Source of the DNA: Bugula neritina
Lineage: Eukaryota > Animalia > Bryozoa
Length of the DNA stretch: 64,000 nucleotides
Direction: 5' to 3'
Assembly (NCBI GenBank): GCA_964035545.1
Contig: OZ037767.1
Span: 5,224,707 to 5,288,706 of the forward strand
A program made the position numbers and the translations under genes. Numbering within the stretch: the first letter of the stretch is position 1; each line of letters begins with the position of its first letter. Shown here in pieces: positions 1-12,879 of the stretch. The notes under the pieces were generated by a model that had not been told where the DNA came from, ran no database searches, and was given only the letters and a program-made list of their open reading frames with translations.

Positions 1-913
1 CAGCACAACATTTTCATGTTTCAAGTAAACAGAATTGAGTTCAACACAAAGCCAAGCCAATACTCCTCTAGTGAAATGAGATGAGGAATCTTATAAACAG
101 GATTGAACATACTTGCGGAACGACGTGAGCTTTCTGATATGATCCAAGTTTTTGTTAGACAGCACTTTACCTCTGGTGATACAGGATACAGAATGTTCGT
201 TCCCAAGGCAATGGTCCATCACGCAAAACTAAACATATCAACATATTTCAATACTAAAGAGAGATGTTGGCGCCTGGTGGACTCATAAAAGACTAATCAT
301 AGCTGCTGCGTACTCTAGCACCCGGAGTCTGCCAGAATGGTAAAGTTGCAATGATGATTGTAAATTAGCTGCAGCGCTGCCCACACTATGTTCAGAGTTT
401 AACAGTCAAATTGGTAGAGAAGTTCATGACATCTTTTTATGTTATGAGAGCAAAATTACAGTTAACTATAACAATGAATATCAGTTTAGCTTTTGGCAAT
501 GTCTAGGTGCTGTATAGAGTCTTGGCCAATTGAGAAAAATTCATTTCACTATATTTTTTAAGTCAGATTGTTATTGCTTCAATAACTTTATTATAAAGAT
601 ATACTTTTAAAATAATGAATGCAGCAAGTTCAGCTTGGTTTCAAATAGAAACATCTAATATTTGATTTTAGTGTTGCAATGTTGAACATTGAGAGAAATC
701 GACACAATTCACCAAAAAGGCATTGGAACACATCCATAAAACAATAATAAATTAGAATTGTTATGCCATTTAAACAAAAATATTTTGCATTGGCAATATG
801 TTAAGGTACTGATTGCCAATATGCAATAATAGACTAAACATAGAAACTCATTAGTAATCCAAAAAACACACTACGTGTGCATGTCACACACAGCGTTATG
901 TAATGGCGCTTAC

Positions 914-3785
914 CTGCATGCAGTGAAGAAACTTCTGTATTGAGAAGTCATGACAGAGGAAGTTGTCGAGGAGAAGCTGAAATGTCTTGCCTCCAAGTCT
1001 AAAGGGTAAGTCACTGTTCAGCAGCATCTGTAATATTATAGTAAGTTCAACAGTAAGTATATAGTAATATATAGCACATATATAGTAATATATAGTAAGT
1101 ATATAGTCATATGTAGATGCAAATACACACAAACCTACTCTAAATTATTCATGTATATACTCTACACAGGCTTGAGAAACTCAAGAATGAATTCCAGATT
1201 TGAATAAAATATAAGACGCGACTCAGTTGTTGAATCCATCATTTTGAAAAATGGTAAATGATTATAATATTGTAATGCCGTTGAATAAAATATTAAAAAT
1301 AAGTATATATTGTAGGCATAATGATGATTATAATGCAGAGCATCAATCAAGCTAAAATAGATAACAAAAGGTAAACCAGAATCATATTTTCGTTAAAAAG
1401 AAATAAAAAAATAATACAGCAGAAATATCTCCAAACCCGATCTATAATTTGATTGAGGTATACAGATGAAGACTTCATTTGGAAGGCCTCTATAGACAAC
1501 ATAGTAGAAATTTCGTGGGTAAGCCGACTTCTAAGAGAGGACAGAGAGAGGGTAACTCCGAATACCAAAACAATTGACAAGTCTGCCAGGTGATTTCTGA
1601 AACAGTCATGCTTATTATATGGCATCAACCAATCAAAACACTATAAATACTAAAATACATCTTATGCACAATAGCAACTCAACTGGCTTAAAAGGAGTTG
1701 TTTTCTCCTGTCATGCTACAAGAAATTCTCAGGACTTACCGACACGACAGTATAAAATCTTGCAGGCAGGAAACTGGAAGATTATTAAACGCCTCAAAGA
1801 GAAGGACTAGAGGGCAACTTGAAGCAGAATGCTTTTTGGTATCAGTCTTAGTAGTCTTAGCAGTTTTTCGGACTTTCTATAAAAAAGTATCTGAAAGTTA
1901 ATTATAAATCGAATAATCTATAAAAATTAGGCGGTTGTCACATCGAAACATTGATTAAAATTATTGAACTATACAAGTCCCACTCTTTTATTAAATCTGC
2001 ATCAAGAAAAACTTTATTAATACTAAAATCCAAAGTACCCAAACTTCAGCCCACACTCACTTTGGGAGAGGAGGTAGAAATAAGACTCCTGTGCCACTCG
2101 GTGATATGAGACCAGGCGCAGTGTGTTTGGGGCATCTTCACGACGTTCTCGTCATCCTCATATATTGAGTTCAGTTGTGAGGCTATAGATTGCATGATCA
2201 GCTTCATTGTGTTGGATTTGGACTCGATAAGAACTACGTGTGGAGTTACTTCCTCTACCAGTTTACTGCACAAGTTACTGTACAGCACTGAGTGGTCGGG
2301 AGTGTTGACACCTGCAAACAGGTGCTTGCTCTATGAGTCAACATTAAACAGGTGCTTGCTCTATGAGTCAACAGTAAACAGGTGATCTATCTATTATTTA
2401 GTGACAAAAATGAGTTCTTATATAAAAATAAAAAGAAAGCTTTGTTAGTTCACCAACAGCGTTTAGTATATATAATTTAAACATAAAGAAATATATTACA
2501 TAATTAATTCTAGCAGAGAAGACGCACTTTGTTCCCATATCAACAGCAAAAAGCTGATCAACTGCCAAACACTAAAAACCAGATTTTATCATAAAATAAG
2601 AAACTTTGAACTAACCAGTAACAATGGCAGCAGCATGTATTTCCTCCTCTGATCTCTTCTGACCACAGACAGTTACATAAGATACGAGTTCTGTAAAGAG
2701 ATCTTGCGCCATGTCAGCATGGATTTTCTGTAAAAACGAGTACCAGAAGATGCAACCAGTTCAGTTATGTCTGATATTTTGCAACTAACTGAGACCAAAG
2801 ATCAAGAATAACAGAATAACTTTGCACATTCTGTTTATATATCATCAGGTGTTTGGCATAAATGACTAACTTACCTGGGATATATTACATAGTTCTGTGT
2901 ATATTACTACCTTACCTGGGATATATTATATAGTTATGTGTATATGACTAACTTACCTGGGATATACTATATAGCTTTGCATATATGACTAACTTACCTG
3001 GGATATATTATACAGTTATGTGTATATTACTAACTTACCTGAGATATATTATATAGTTATGTGTATATTACTAACTTACCTGAGATATATTATGAAGCTC
3101 CGTAGAGAGATATTCATAGTAATGTAATTGCTGTAACTTCAATCCACACTCATTCTCTACAAAATCTTCTGCAACAAACAAAAGTCAAGTTGGATAAATT
3201 TCTAATACTGCAAACAAAATTCAAGTTAAATAGAAGAAGAATCAGTAAATTATAATTTCAAGTTTGAAAAACGAGATGTTAATTCAGGAATATAGACATT
3301 ACTTGAGTAAGAATGAGTTAAAGAATTATTGTGACGGCTACTAAATTTAAAATGAGAGTTTCTCTACTCTACATGCAAATGAGTAAGTGCATAGATGACA
3401 TTATTGTACCCATTATTGGGGGAGCTTAATTATTTGCTGATGTAGTTCCAATAAAAATTTTCTATTTATGCCAATATTAAAAGTGGAAGGGGTAAAAGTT
3501 GCATTAATTAAGCACCTTAGACTCCAGTAAATCAACAGTTCATAATCAAGTATTACTTCGGAAATACTTACTTGGTGAAGGTTTCTTTTTCTTTCCTCGG
3601 AATGAAAATACTCCCTAAAATAAAATTTGAGTATAAAATGGGTCAAACATTTCTGAATATCACCTAGACTGAATCAAAGATAAAGAATAGAAAACTAAGT
3701 TAGCATATTTATAAACATTTACATGCACTCAGTTATGTTTAAATGAAACTTGAAGACATACCTTAGACAGTGACTGAGTGCTCAT
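914..3785 (-). CDS. ORC3: Origin recognition complex subunit 3, 5' part (spliced; continues beyond window start)
   Basis: GT-AG exons ~3785-3762 (MSTQSLSK), ~3614-3572 (GVFSFRGKKKKP), ~3168-3080, ~2727-2616 (EEIHAAAIVTG), ~2310-2060 (VNTPDHSVLYSNLCSKLVEEVTPHVVLI), ~1876-1740 (CPLVLLFEAFNNLPVSCLQDFILSC), ~1596-1437 (LSIVLVFGVTLS...LSIEAFQ) and ~1027-914 (LPFRLGGKTFQLLLDNFLCHDFSIQKF) join in frame. They are colinear with the metazoan ORC3 N-terminus as I recall it (MATSSMSKGCFVF...EIPTAALVLGVNVTDH...FLYHDFSVQNF). Confidence 0.92.
2865..3092 (-). repeat. 41-bp tandem repeat x6, each unit carrying the ORC3 exon end plus 5' splice site
   Basis: TTACCTG recurs at 2871, 2912, 2953, 2994, 3035 and 3076 (period 41). 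It reads CAG|GTAAG on the minus strand. Confidence 0.95.
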
Positions 3786-4089
3786 CTTTTCAAAAGTGAG
3801 AAACAGCTGAGCAGAGAAACTGGACTCAATAACACTTTAGTAATAGCTCCTAGCTTTAAAACAGAAGTAAAACTTATTGAAGTTTTAGAAAAACAAATTG
3901 TAACATTTGTGCTTATATTCAGCACCAAAAGCCAAAGACACCAGAGCTCTAATTGGTCATGGCAGCTAACAGTAAAACACTGAAAAAATATCTGTTTACA
4001 AGTGTAGATCAATTCAGCTACGATGTATTGGTGTAGCACAATTTGCTTTGAAATATTTATCTCGTTGGCTACTAAAGCTAACAAAAAGT

Positions 4090-4240
4090 GAGCAATCATG
4101 GTCTAGTGGTCTAGTGCTTAGTTGAGGTTAGTGTACTTGGTTCGAGTCCCTGCAAAGATCATTGGAGATTTAGAAAAGGTATTCAGTCATAATTTCTCCT
4201 TTATCATAGTAGAAAAAAACCTTAGCCCACTTAACAAACC
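4090..4240 (+). mobile_element. tRNA-derived SINE-like element, copy 1
   Basis: A-box-like TGGTCTAGTGG and B-box GGTTCGAGTCC (4139-4149). The body AGAAAAGGTATTCAGTCATAATTTCTCC...CCTTAGCCC is shared with the copies at ~8800 and ~54700. Confidence 0.7.
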
Positions 4241-4539
4241 CATTTTTTACTACCGAATGTTTTTACAAGGATTGTGACTTTGATTGTGTTTTTTTACAAT
4301 TATCAATGCCAACTACAAGAGTCAATGTCATACTAATACCCATATTGGGGCACACAATTTGCATCCTGAAACTTGATTTAAGGGCACCACGTTGTCACTT
4401 TCACTATCTGTGCAATCTTATTTTAATAATTTCAAGAAGAAATCAATCTTAATGTGAATGAAAAAAAATTAAAATTGATTATTTTTTTATACTCAGTCTG
4501 AATCTTATAAAAGCCTAAAAACTTCAGTTACAACATTGC

Positions 4540-4930
4540 TATTACTATTAGTATTAGCTGATCCTTTAACTTATAGTGTTATACGCTATAGTAATACTAA
4601 GTCTAATAATAAATTTATCAGTTATTAACCAATCTTATTAACCATTATCTATTATCATTATGATTATCATAATTATCATTTAATTCATTATGATTATGTT
4701 GAACTTAAAGCTAAACTTAATCACTGCCAAGCTTGAAGTTAATCATAATCATAGTAATTTCATAGTGATAGTGTTAAAGTCAACCTCAATGTCACTATGA
4801 CTACGATAATGACTAAGACTGTAAGTGTATGAGTATGACTATGAGCCATGCGGACTATGACACTGACAGTATGACTATCAGTATGAGTATGAGTATGAGA
4901 TTCAGTATGACTATGAACTTGAAGTATGGA
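4540..4930. repeat. Degenerate 6-bp-periodic tract upstream of the ORC3 ATG
   Basis: Example: actatg actacg ataatg actaag actgta agtgta tgagta tgacta. Confidence 0.75.
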
Positions 4931-5755
4931 CAATCAACAAATAATTGGAGGATAATTGTAGAAAAACAGCGCAAAATACACTTCAGTGTGCTAAAAAGAA
5001 AACGAGTATTGACCCGGGGGTGAAACTATGTGTGTTCATCCAGTCTTTGACTACTACAATCTAAAGTGAATCTATGATTTATACCCACTATCGTAAGAGT
5101 GAAATGAACGAGAATATTATTTTAATATAAATTATTTATGATCGTGCTTGTCCCGCGCCAATACCATTTACAAGACTTCCACGCACAAGAGTTTACGTAC
5201 TCGTAATGTATAGATAACTCCCAGTAAGAAAGAAAAAAGTAGTATTTCAACATTAATTTTACAAGCTTCAGTCATTGAACTAAAACTAAAGTTAAAGTTC
5301 AATGGGTTCAGTTAAGTTTATTACCAAAGTTTTACATCGAATAAATAAGCAGTAAAATGCGGCAAAGCAAGACTGCACATATTTGACAGATTTAGGACCA
5401 CAAACACAAACAACATCAAAAAATTATTTGATAGGCTTTATTTTAAACAATGTACAGATAGTTTTTACAAGATAATGAGCATTTGAACATTATTACAATA
5501 TTCAACTTTATGCAAGAAGAGACAAAACCTAATGCTCTGAGAGCCATAACATTACGCTAATAAATAACTGCTTCTTGTATAAAAATAAAATAAAATAACA
5601 AAACTTTTTATACTTGAAGCACTGTCATGATTCTTTTGAAGTTGACAGATAAATGGGCACTTTTATTAGATAGCAGCCAAATTAAAATGAAAAAAAATAC
5701 ACGTTGATTCGAAGTAACTTGAGTAAACAGTAGCAAACATTGTCATGTAGTAGAT

Positions 5756-8700
5756 TCAATCATACTCATAGTCGTCATCATCACCTACAGCACACAACAA
5801 ACAAATATTTTACACATCAGCAGGGTTAGCGATTCTTTTTATTTAAACACAAATATAACTCAAGCTTGTAATGTTGATTAACATATATTAATCATTCAGT
5901 AAACAGGTATATAGTCATTAAGTAAGAAAGAAGCAGTTTATCTGTCAGTTACATCACACGGCCAAATACGTGCGCAAACAGCCTAGATATTGTAAATATT
6001 TGTAGAAAGCCAAATTTGTAAGCCAAACCTCGATGGCACAATTTAGTCTAAAAGAAGGAAAACGGCAGGCAATGAATATTAGACTCCATACCTGCGTAAC
6101 CGTGGCCCAGGAGTTGAGCTGATGAAATAGGTTCATCCTCGTCTTCGTCGTCTTCATCCTCTAGATCTTCATCTATAGTGAGAACACCAAAGTTATCATA
6201 GAATATAGAACATAGAATATAGAACAAGAATATAGAACAAGAAGCATCTAGCTGAAGAATAAAAGTTTTGTAAACTATTTTCTTTTCGCTGAGAATGGTG
6301 AACCATTATTAGAGGTAAAATAGTTCTTTCCTGTCAGCTGCTGCAGACTAGATGGTTATCACATGTTGTGAGGAGACAAATCCCAACACATAGGTATCAT
6401 TTATGTACACAACTGTATTTTAATAATTGCTGCAACAGCTTACTGTACAAGTATCATAAGTGACTGTAACTAGACAGTTAACAGATTTACAATATACACC
6501 TGCTAGAGAAAATTATATTTAATCAGATTTACAAGTTCGTAAAATGGTCTTACACATAATTCATTATTATGAGAACATGACAACATGGCTAAACCAAAAC
6601 AGTCACTAAATCTAAGGTTGAATATGATTCAGAACGCTGAAGTTAGATACAATCAAAGAGCTTTAAGAGCTTCAAGTTTCATATAACGTTTATGCAGCCA
6701 CCCTAGACATAAAAATACACAATTCTCACCCTCTTCTACGATAGGCTTGGATTCTGTAACTGTTGCTGATTGAACAACTGGTTCAGAATGCGTAAATGAG
6801 TTCAGCTCTCTGATTGGCTGCGCCACGGGCTGACTGACTAATTGTGGCGCAGACTTGGGCTGTGATTGTTGATTAGAGATTCTTGGTGTTGATTTTTTCA
6901 AACTGTTTCTTTTAGATGCCCTACAAAGCAGATACAATGAAATGACCCTAGATGCTGTATTGAAAATATTTAGAAGATTTTAAGTAAAAATTGAATCGAG
7001 AACAACAACTTGAATCACTACTGTATTTGGAGTTGAGCCAAAAAATAAAAACCAGTTGGCTATATGACACATCAGATAATTTACAAATAATGACAAAGCA
7101 TATTTACCAACTAAACCATACAGCTCAAGCTACTTACGTGGTTTGATCATCATCTTGCATAAGGTGAGAAGTGGAGTCAGCACCTGATTGAGTTGGGACA
7201 TTCACACCTACCCCCGAGGTGGCTGCACTGGTGCTGGGTGCAGAGGCTGAGCCTGATGCCTGTGCTTTTAACCTGTTGACCAAATCTGCGGGACTTCCAC
7301 TCGTGAGATTCTTTAAAACTTCATAGTCTATTTTTGAGGACAACTTCTTCTCCTGTAACATTTTCTCCATTGCTTCTCCTATGAGACAAACAAAGAGCAC
7401 TGGTTAACCATGACTTGGGTGAACAGATGATGGAGAAAGTTTAACAGCAAAAAGTTTTTTTGCCAATAGCAAAGCTAAAACTTTATAGCAATAAACTGCT
7501 TAGCAGTGTGCCCTAATCTATTACATCACAGTGTAGTAGATAAATTCACATCGCAACAAGAATAAAACAAATTGTTTTTAGCATACTATTGTACAGTAAT
7601 CTCACTAAGTATCCTTCATAAATTGGTTGGTAAAAACTACAATTTTCTTTATTGACTGGCTATACTACTATGCAATGAATAAGATATGAAAATAAGCAAT
7701 AAAGTATAGCTATTCCAAAATACTGTGTTACAACTTTTAGACTCATGAAGGGCTCTAACCTGCTGTCGGAGCGTTTATATTCAACTTCCGTCGTTTTCTG
7801 CGAACTTTAGGGGGTTTAGCAGCCTCTTCCTCCGCCTTTCTCTTTGCCTTCTCCTCCTGCTCTTTGAGGAACTCTCCATTCAATGCCATCCAGACCTTCT
7901 CCTTAGTCTTCACTTCTTCTTCAGTCAGAATGAACTACAGAGGAATTATAATATTGAATGCACATCACATATACACAACTGAGAGAATCAATATAACAGT
8001 TTGCTTAGTAGGCAATCACCACAAAGAACATAAAAATAAGTTCACTGCACACCTTTTCTCACAAATCTCCTAGTATACTGAGAAATAGTTCTACTGCTTC
8101 TTTTCTAGAAAAATATTGCACTAAGAAAAAGTTCACATATTATGTAGATTTTAAAATATTTTCAGCAATATACCAGGCAGTTAAGACAATTGTGGAAACC
8201 AGTTGCTGGGGACACTGCATCAGAGATTTATTACAAGTGAAATTCTTAAAAATCCCCGACACACTTTATTTATGCCGTAGTACAGTGTTCCTATATATTT
8301 TAGTTATCATCTACAGGCTGTTTGAGGGTTGCATGCTCAAACAATTTTGTTTTATAATATGACATATTTGCACAAACTTTATTATAAACCCTATACAACC
8401 CTCCAACAGTGTGTAGATGATAGCTAAGATATATATGAATATGTTAATACTGCATAAATGAAGTGTGTCAGGGATTCTTGAAATCACCTTGTCTAACTCA
8501 TCATCGTCGAGTCCTTCTAGACTCAGCTCCCCATCTTCATTATCATCATGCTGTGGAATATCGTGTACGAGGGGGGTGTTGGTACTAGTGGTTAGACCAA
8601 GGCTGGCTGCTGTCGGTCTCGGGCCAATATTCTGCTGAGGAGCTGGTGATGTGGTCTCACTACCCTGAGATGGGATACAATAGAAATGAGTAGGTTGAGA

Positions 8701-11700
8701 GGTATATAACTTATAAGGTAAGTAGGCTAGGAGGTATATTAGCCAGTAGTTTAGCCACAGGTATAATATTGACAGGTGATTTAGCTACTGGTAATACTAG
8801 CAGATGGTGGCCTAGTAAATACAAAGTCAGTGGTTTGAGTCCAAGCACCAGGCGTGATGTAAGAAAGAGCATCCAGTCACAAGTGCTCCTTTGTAACAAT
8901 AAATCCCTTAGCCCGCTTTAAAAAAACTCCAACTATCAGAGATTCTCACAGGGAGAGCAACTATAAACATTCGTGAGATAATACTAGCAGGTGTTCTATT
9001 AACAGGGAATTCAACTTTTATGAATGATTGACATGATGCTGGGATCGTAAATAGAGTGAATAAAAAGCTTGCAACAAAAATATGAATGTTTAGATTAATC
9101 AACTCTAATGAAACATTAAATGATTAACAAATACAAGGCGTGAAAAGCATAACATCTACATAATATATACAAAGCTTGATTAAATTGAAACAAATGATAA
9201 TTTGATGGAAATTAATTTGATGTATTGCTAATGAAATTTTCTTTCACTCACAGGCTTTAATGACTCTGCCATAATTTCAGCACCAAGGAATGAGGTGGCA
9301 TTTTGATCATCAATGTCTGTATCTCCAACTACTTCGTTAGCTTTCAACATGCTGGCAGCTTCTATAACATCATAAGAGATCAATGGGCATAGCAACAAGA
9401 GGTCAACAGACATAGCAACAAGAGGTCAACAGACATTATAGTAACCAGAAGCAACAGAAACTTCCTCCTGAACAAATGTGTTTTAATAATATAAATAATT
9501 GAGCAACTTTCAAAGAAGTCGACATCTTGTGCGGTACAGTAGGTACTACATATACTTGAAAATTCAAGTACAAAATCTCAATTGCACACAAATGCTTTTC
9601 CATTTGATCAAGTTGCCTCTATGACTTTTAACAGCACCATTGTTTCATAGCTGTAAGATTTGATGTCTACACACACATTTAGTGCTTTTTATATGTTATA
9701 ACTAAATCCCATTTGCTGGCAGCACCATTATAATCAAAGGTGAAAACTTAAATTTTTGTACAACTGAAATTTCAATATTAGTAAGGATATTTTAACCAAC
9801 CTTTTTCCAAATTTGCAGCCTGTTTACTGGATTTAGTTTCCAGCTCTTTATCAATTTCAGTAGAAAGGGTGGTGATTTCATTGGTCATCATTTCATCAAT
9901 CTACAAAACAAGAAAAGCTTGCAATTAACGACACTACACTGTTTCAACCTTTACTTATTACCATATAACATTTGCACCAAATATTTGTTTAAACACTATA
10001 TCAGACTATCAGTAACAAATCTTGCAGCTCTATAGCTCTACAACACTCTAAATTATTTAAATATATTGAGATGTTGATGAATGATACAACCACATGTAGT
10101 GTAATTGCTTCAATAACTTTATTAGCGCACAAACCTGTTTGAGTTTAGCATCTTTTCTACTTTGAATGAAGGAGGGTGGGTCAGCCTCTTCCTCAAGATC
10201 TATAGTCTGGAACTGGTCTATAGTCAAGGAACCCGAGCCAGTTTCTTCCAACTCATTCAGTCTGTAACAGAAATTTATTAAACAGTATATGAAGCAGTAT
10301 ATGATGGATCAAATTGCCACTCAGAATTTTTTTTTAATAATAGAAAGTTGAAGTGTAACCAACTCGAAGCAAAATCAAGTTTTGTGCATTAAAATATTCT
10401 TGAAAAAATCTAGGAAAATAAAAATGCTTCCTTAATATCAATTACTCTTGTACAATGCCTTAAAATGACGCATTTACCCTTTGATAAGATGAAACTATTT
10501 TACATGCTGATTTATATGTCCAAGCAGATTCAATAAATCAATGACACAAAAACTTGTAGAAGCCCTTTAAACTATCAAACTTATTTTACAAATGACTCTG
10601 TACTACGTGAAGTAATATTACAAATGACTCTGTACTACGTGAAGTAATATTACAAATGACTCTGTACTAGGTGAAGTAATATTTTTACCTTTTCCTTATC
10701 GTACTTTCACAGACTTTGACTATTTTTATAATATCTTGTTTCGTCCTACAGAAGTTGTGAACACGTGACGCAACCAGCAGAGCGGCACCACAGAGACCTG
10801 ATGGCCGACGCCCTATTGCCATCCAATCCCGTTTCATTCTGGCCACAAAGCGGATAGCAGTCATGGACACTTGATGCAGCTTGTCACCAAATTCCAGCTG
10901 ATTGGCAAATCTGGGTATCAGAAGAGATGGGTCTACAAAAGCAAATAAAACTGTTTAAACGCTGAATGGCCTGTTTCACTTCGTATACATTCTAAATTTA
11001 TATGAATACTAAGCAAATGTTTGCACATAAATGTAAAGTAGGAAAAATTGGATAACATACCAATAGCTGGGATTTTTATATTAAATAGCCGAGCAAACTG
11101 CAAATATGTTCTACCCAGCTCATACACATTGATATGTAGTACATCGCTGAAATCCAGTAACATATCTGAGAAGGAGTTAAGAAAGAATATCAAAGTACTG
11201 AATCCAGTTGTTAGAAAGCCAGTAGACAACAACATAATACTTGACATAAACTCAACGTTATAGTTTAGATTAAACGAACTCTATTATTGTGTTCCGTTAA
11301 TCATACATGCTACAAAATTCTATTTCAAGTTGTATTTTAAAAGTATTTTAATGAGTTCCAACCTATGAAATATCATAATATCACCAGGTTTAAGCCAAAG
11401 GTTTATTACAAGTGTTATGTATACTCAATTCTAAATATAAAAGTTGTAAACTATATAAAACTGTAAATGCAATAATGAAACTCACTGAATTTTACCAATG
11501 AAAGCATACAGAATTATCTGAAAGAAAAGGATACGTGGTGTGCCTTCCGTACGACAAACTAAATATAAACATGCAGCGATAACTTGTTTCTTCTTTCGAC
11601 CTTGAGTTTTCTTGAGCATGACGGCTATTTTATAGAAATTACATGCAGTGTCTGCGCAGTGCTGATTGAGTCTGAGTTGCGAGGCTAATTCGTTAATAAG

Positions 11701-12771
11701 CTTCTTCCCTACAAATAGACACGGAAGGTGAAGCATACAAATAGACATGAGAGGTGAAGAAAATGCTCAGAAAGAAGGAGTGTGATTGGCTTAAGGTATG
11801 GTCAGACCTTTCCGGAGAGTTTCTTCTCGAGATTCTCTTCCCATTCCAAGGCGATAACCAGTTCCAGCTCCCAAAGACAGTCCGACATTTCCACCTAAAT
11901 TATGCAACAATTTTAAAATTAGAATATTAAATATAAATATGCCTATAAAAATAATAAGATTTCAAATTCTTCATTTTAAAGATACTAATAACAACTATAA
12001 AACAAATAAACAATAAGTTCATCCAATTTTGAAGTCCAAGTATTGGATATAATTTTAGATTCATTTCCCGAGAACTAAAATATCCAATGAAAATAATGAA
12101 GATTGTACACATATTTTTAAATGTCACAGAGAATAGTGTTTCTGAAAGTGATTCAAAATACACATATCCAACACCACATCCTGGTTGGACTACAAACTAA
12201 GAGTTACAACACTTTACAAGGTCACCATTCAGTTTTGCTTCTCTGGAATAATGAAGTGATGGGGCTATTATATAATACCAATGGCCAAATAAAAAAGTAA
12301 AAACTCACCAATAACTCTAATGAAAAATTTCTCACGAGATAAATATAATACTGTTCAACTAAAAAAAGAAAAAGAATCTATAATCCAATTGAAAAAGTTT
12401 AGCAATTTCAAACTTCTTGGATTTACAACTTGAATCAGTAAAATTACATGTTTTGGACCCTCTTACACTGTCTGATCTAAAGCGTATGTCTTCTTTATAA
12501 GTCAATTACTGTCTTAGCGAGACAATACAATGACCAATATATTACTACAAGGGCTAGATTCAAAAGCACATTAAAGTAACTGAAAAAAGCGCTTACCTTC
12601 AGAGCTTACAAACTGGCCAATTACACTGCTGCCACCACCCGACCCCTCAGCAAACTGAACTTCACTGACAATCAGTGAATCTTCCAGTACACTACCACAG
12701 CCAGTACACACCGAGTGACCCCTCGCTGGATCCTTGTCTACGTCAGTGCCACCACAGTTAGAACAAACCAT
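5756..12771 (-). CDS. BRF1: TFIIIB 90-kDa subunit BRF1 (~14 coding exons)
   Basis: N-terminal zinc ribbon [31 protein letters not shown]. Cyclin-fold repeats with [21 protein letters not shown] and [24 protein letters not shown]. Also [28 protein letters not shown] and [21 protein letters not shown]. Acidic terminal exon GDDDDYEYD* with stop at 5758-5756. Confidence 0.97.
8237..8487. repeat. Long imperfect inverted repeat (~95-bp arms) starting at a BRF1 5' splice site
   Basis: 8237-8335 aligns with the reverse complement of ~8390-8487 (aatccccgacacactttatttatgc...atcatctaca...gagggttg versus aatccctgacacacttcatttatgc...atcatctaca...gagggttg). Confidence 0.9.
8795..8930 (+). mobile_element. 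tRNA-derived SINE-like element, copy 2 (degenerate), in a BRF1 intron
   Basis: GTCAGTGGTTTGAGTCC B-box-like motif followed by GAAAGAGCATCCAGTCACAAGTGCTCC...CCCTTAGCCC, similar to copies 1 and 3. Confidence 0.65.
10586..10685. repeat. 32-bp tandem repeat x3 abutting a BRF1 donor
   Basis: TTACAAATGACTCTGTACTACGTGAAGTAATA occurs three times immediately inside the donor at ~10688. Confidence 0.9.
11166..11534 (-). other. U12-type (minor spliceosome) GT-AG intron in BRF1
   Basis: Minus-strand donor GTATCCTTTT at 11534 and branch-like TTCTTAAC about 10 nt before the AG at 11167-11166. Removing the intron restores EGTP-H-MLLDFSD. Confidence 0.9.
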
Positions 12772-12879
12772 GTTTAACCAGCAATGTAGGAGATCTGTCA
12801 GCTAAAGTGTATAATAAATATTATTGCAACACGACTTTCTTGTTACAAAACATACCATAGCCTATTAATAATGAGCATT

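Noticed and set aside
103-288. Plus-strand 61-codon ORF and exon-like composition at 1-450 inside an ORC3 intron
   Set aside because: No recognisable motif and stops in neighbouring frames. It could be a decayed element or a nested exon, but the window edge prevents a call.
4090-4160. Possible tRNA gene
   Set aside because: A and B boxes are present but I cannot fold a cloverleaf with an acceptor stem, and the shared downstream body indicates a SINE.
4829-5023. Short ORFs with alternating residues (MSMTMS..., also 13607-13996, 14186-14503 and 37176-37433)
   Set aside because: By-products of the 6-bp DNA periodicity, with no splice or homology support.
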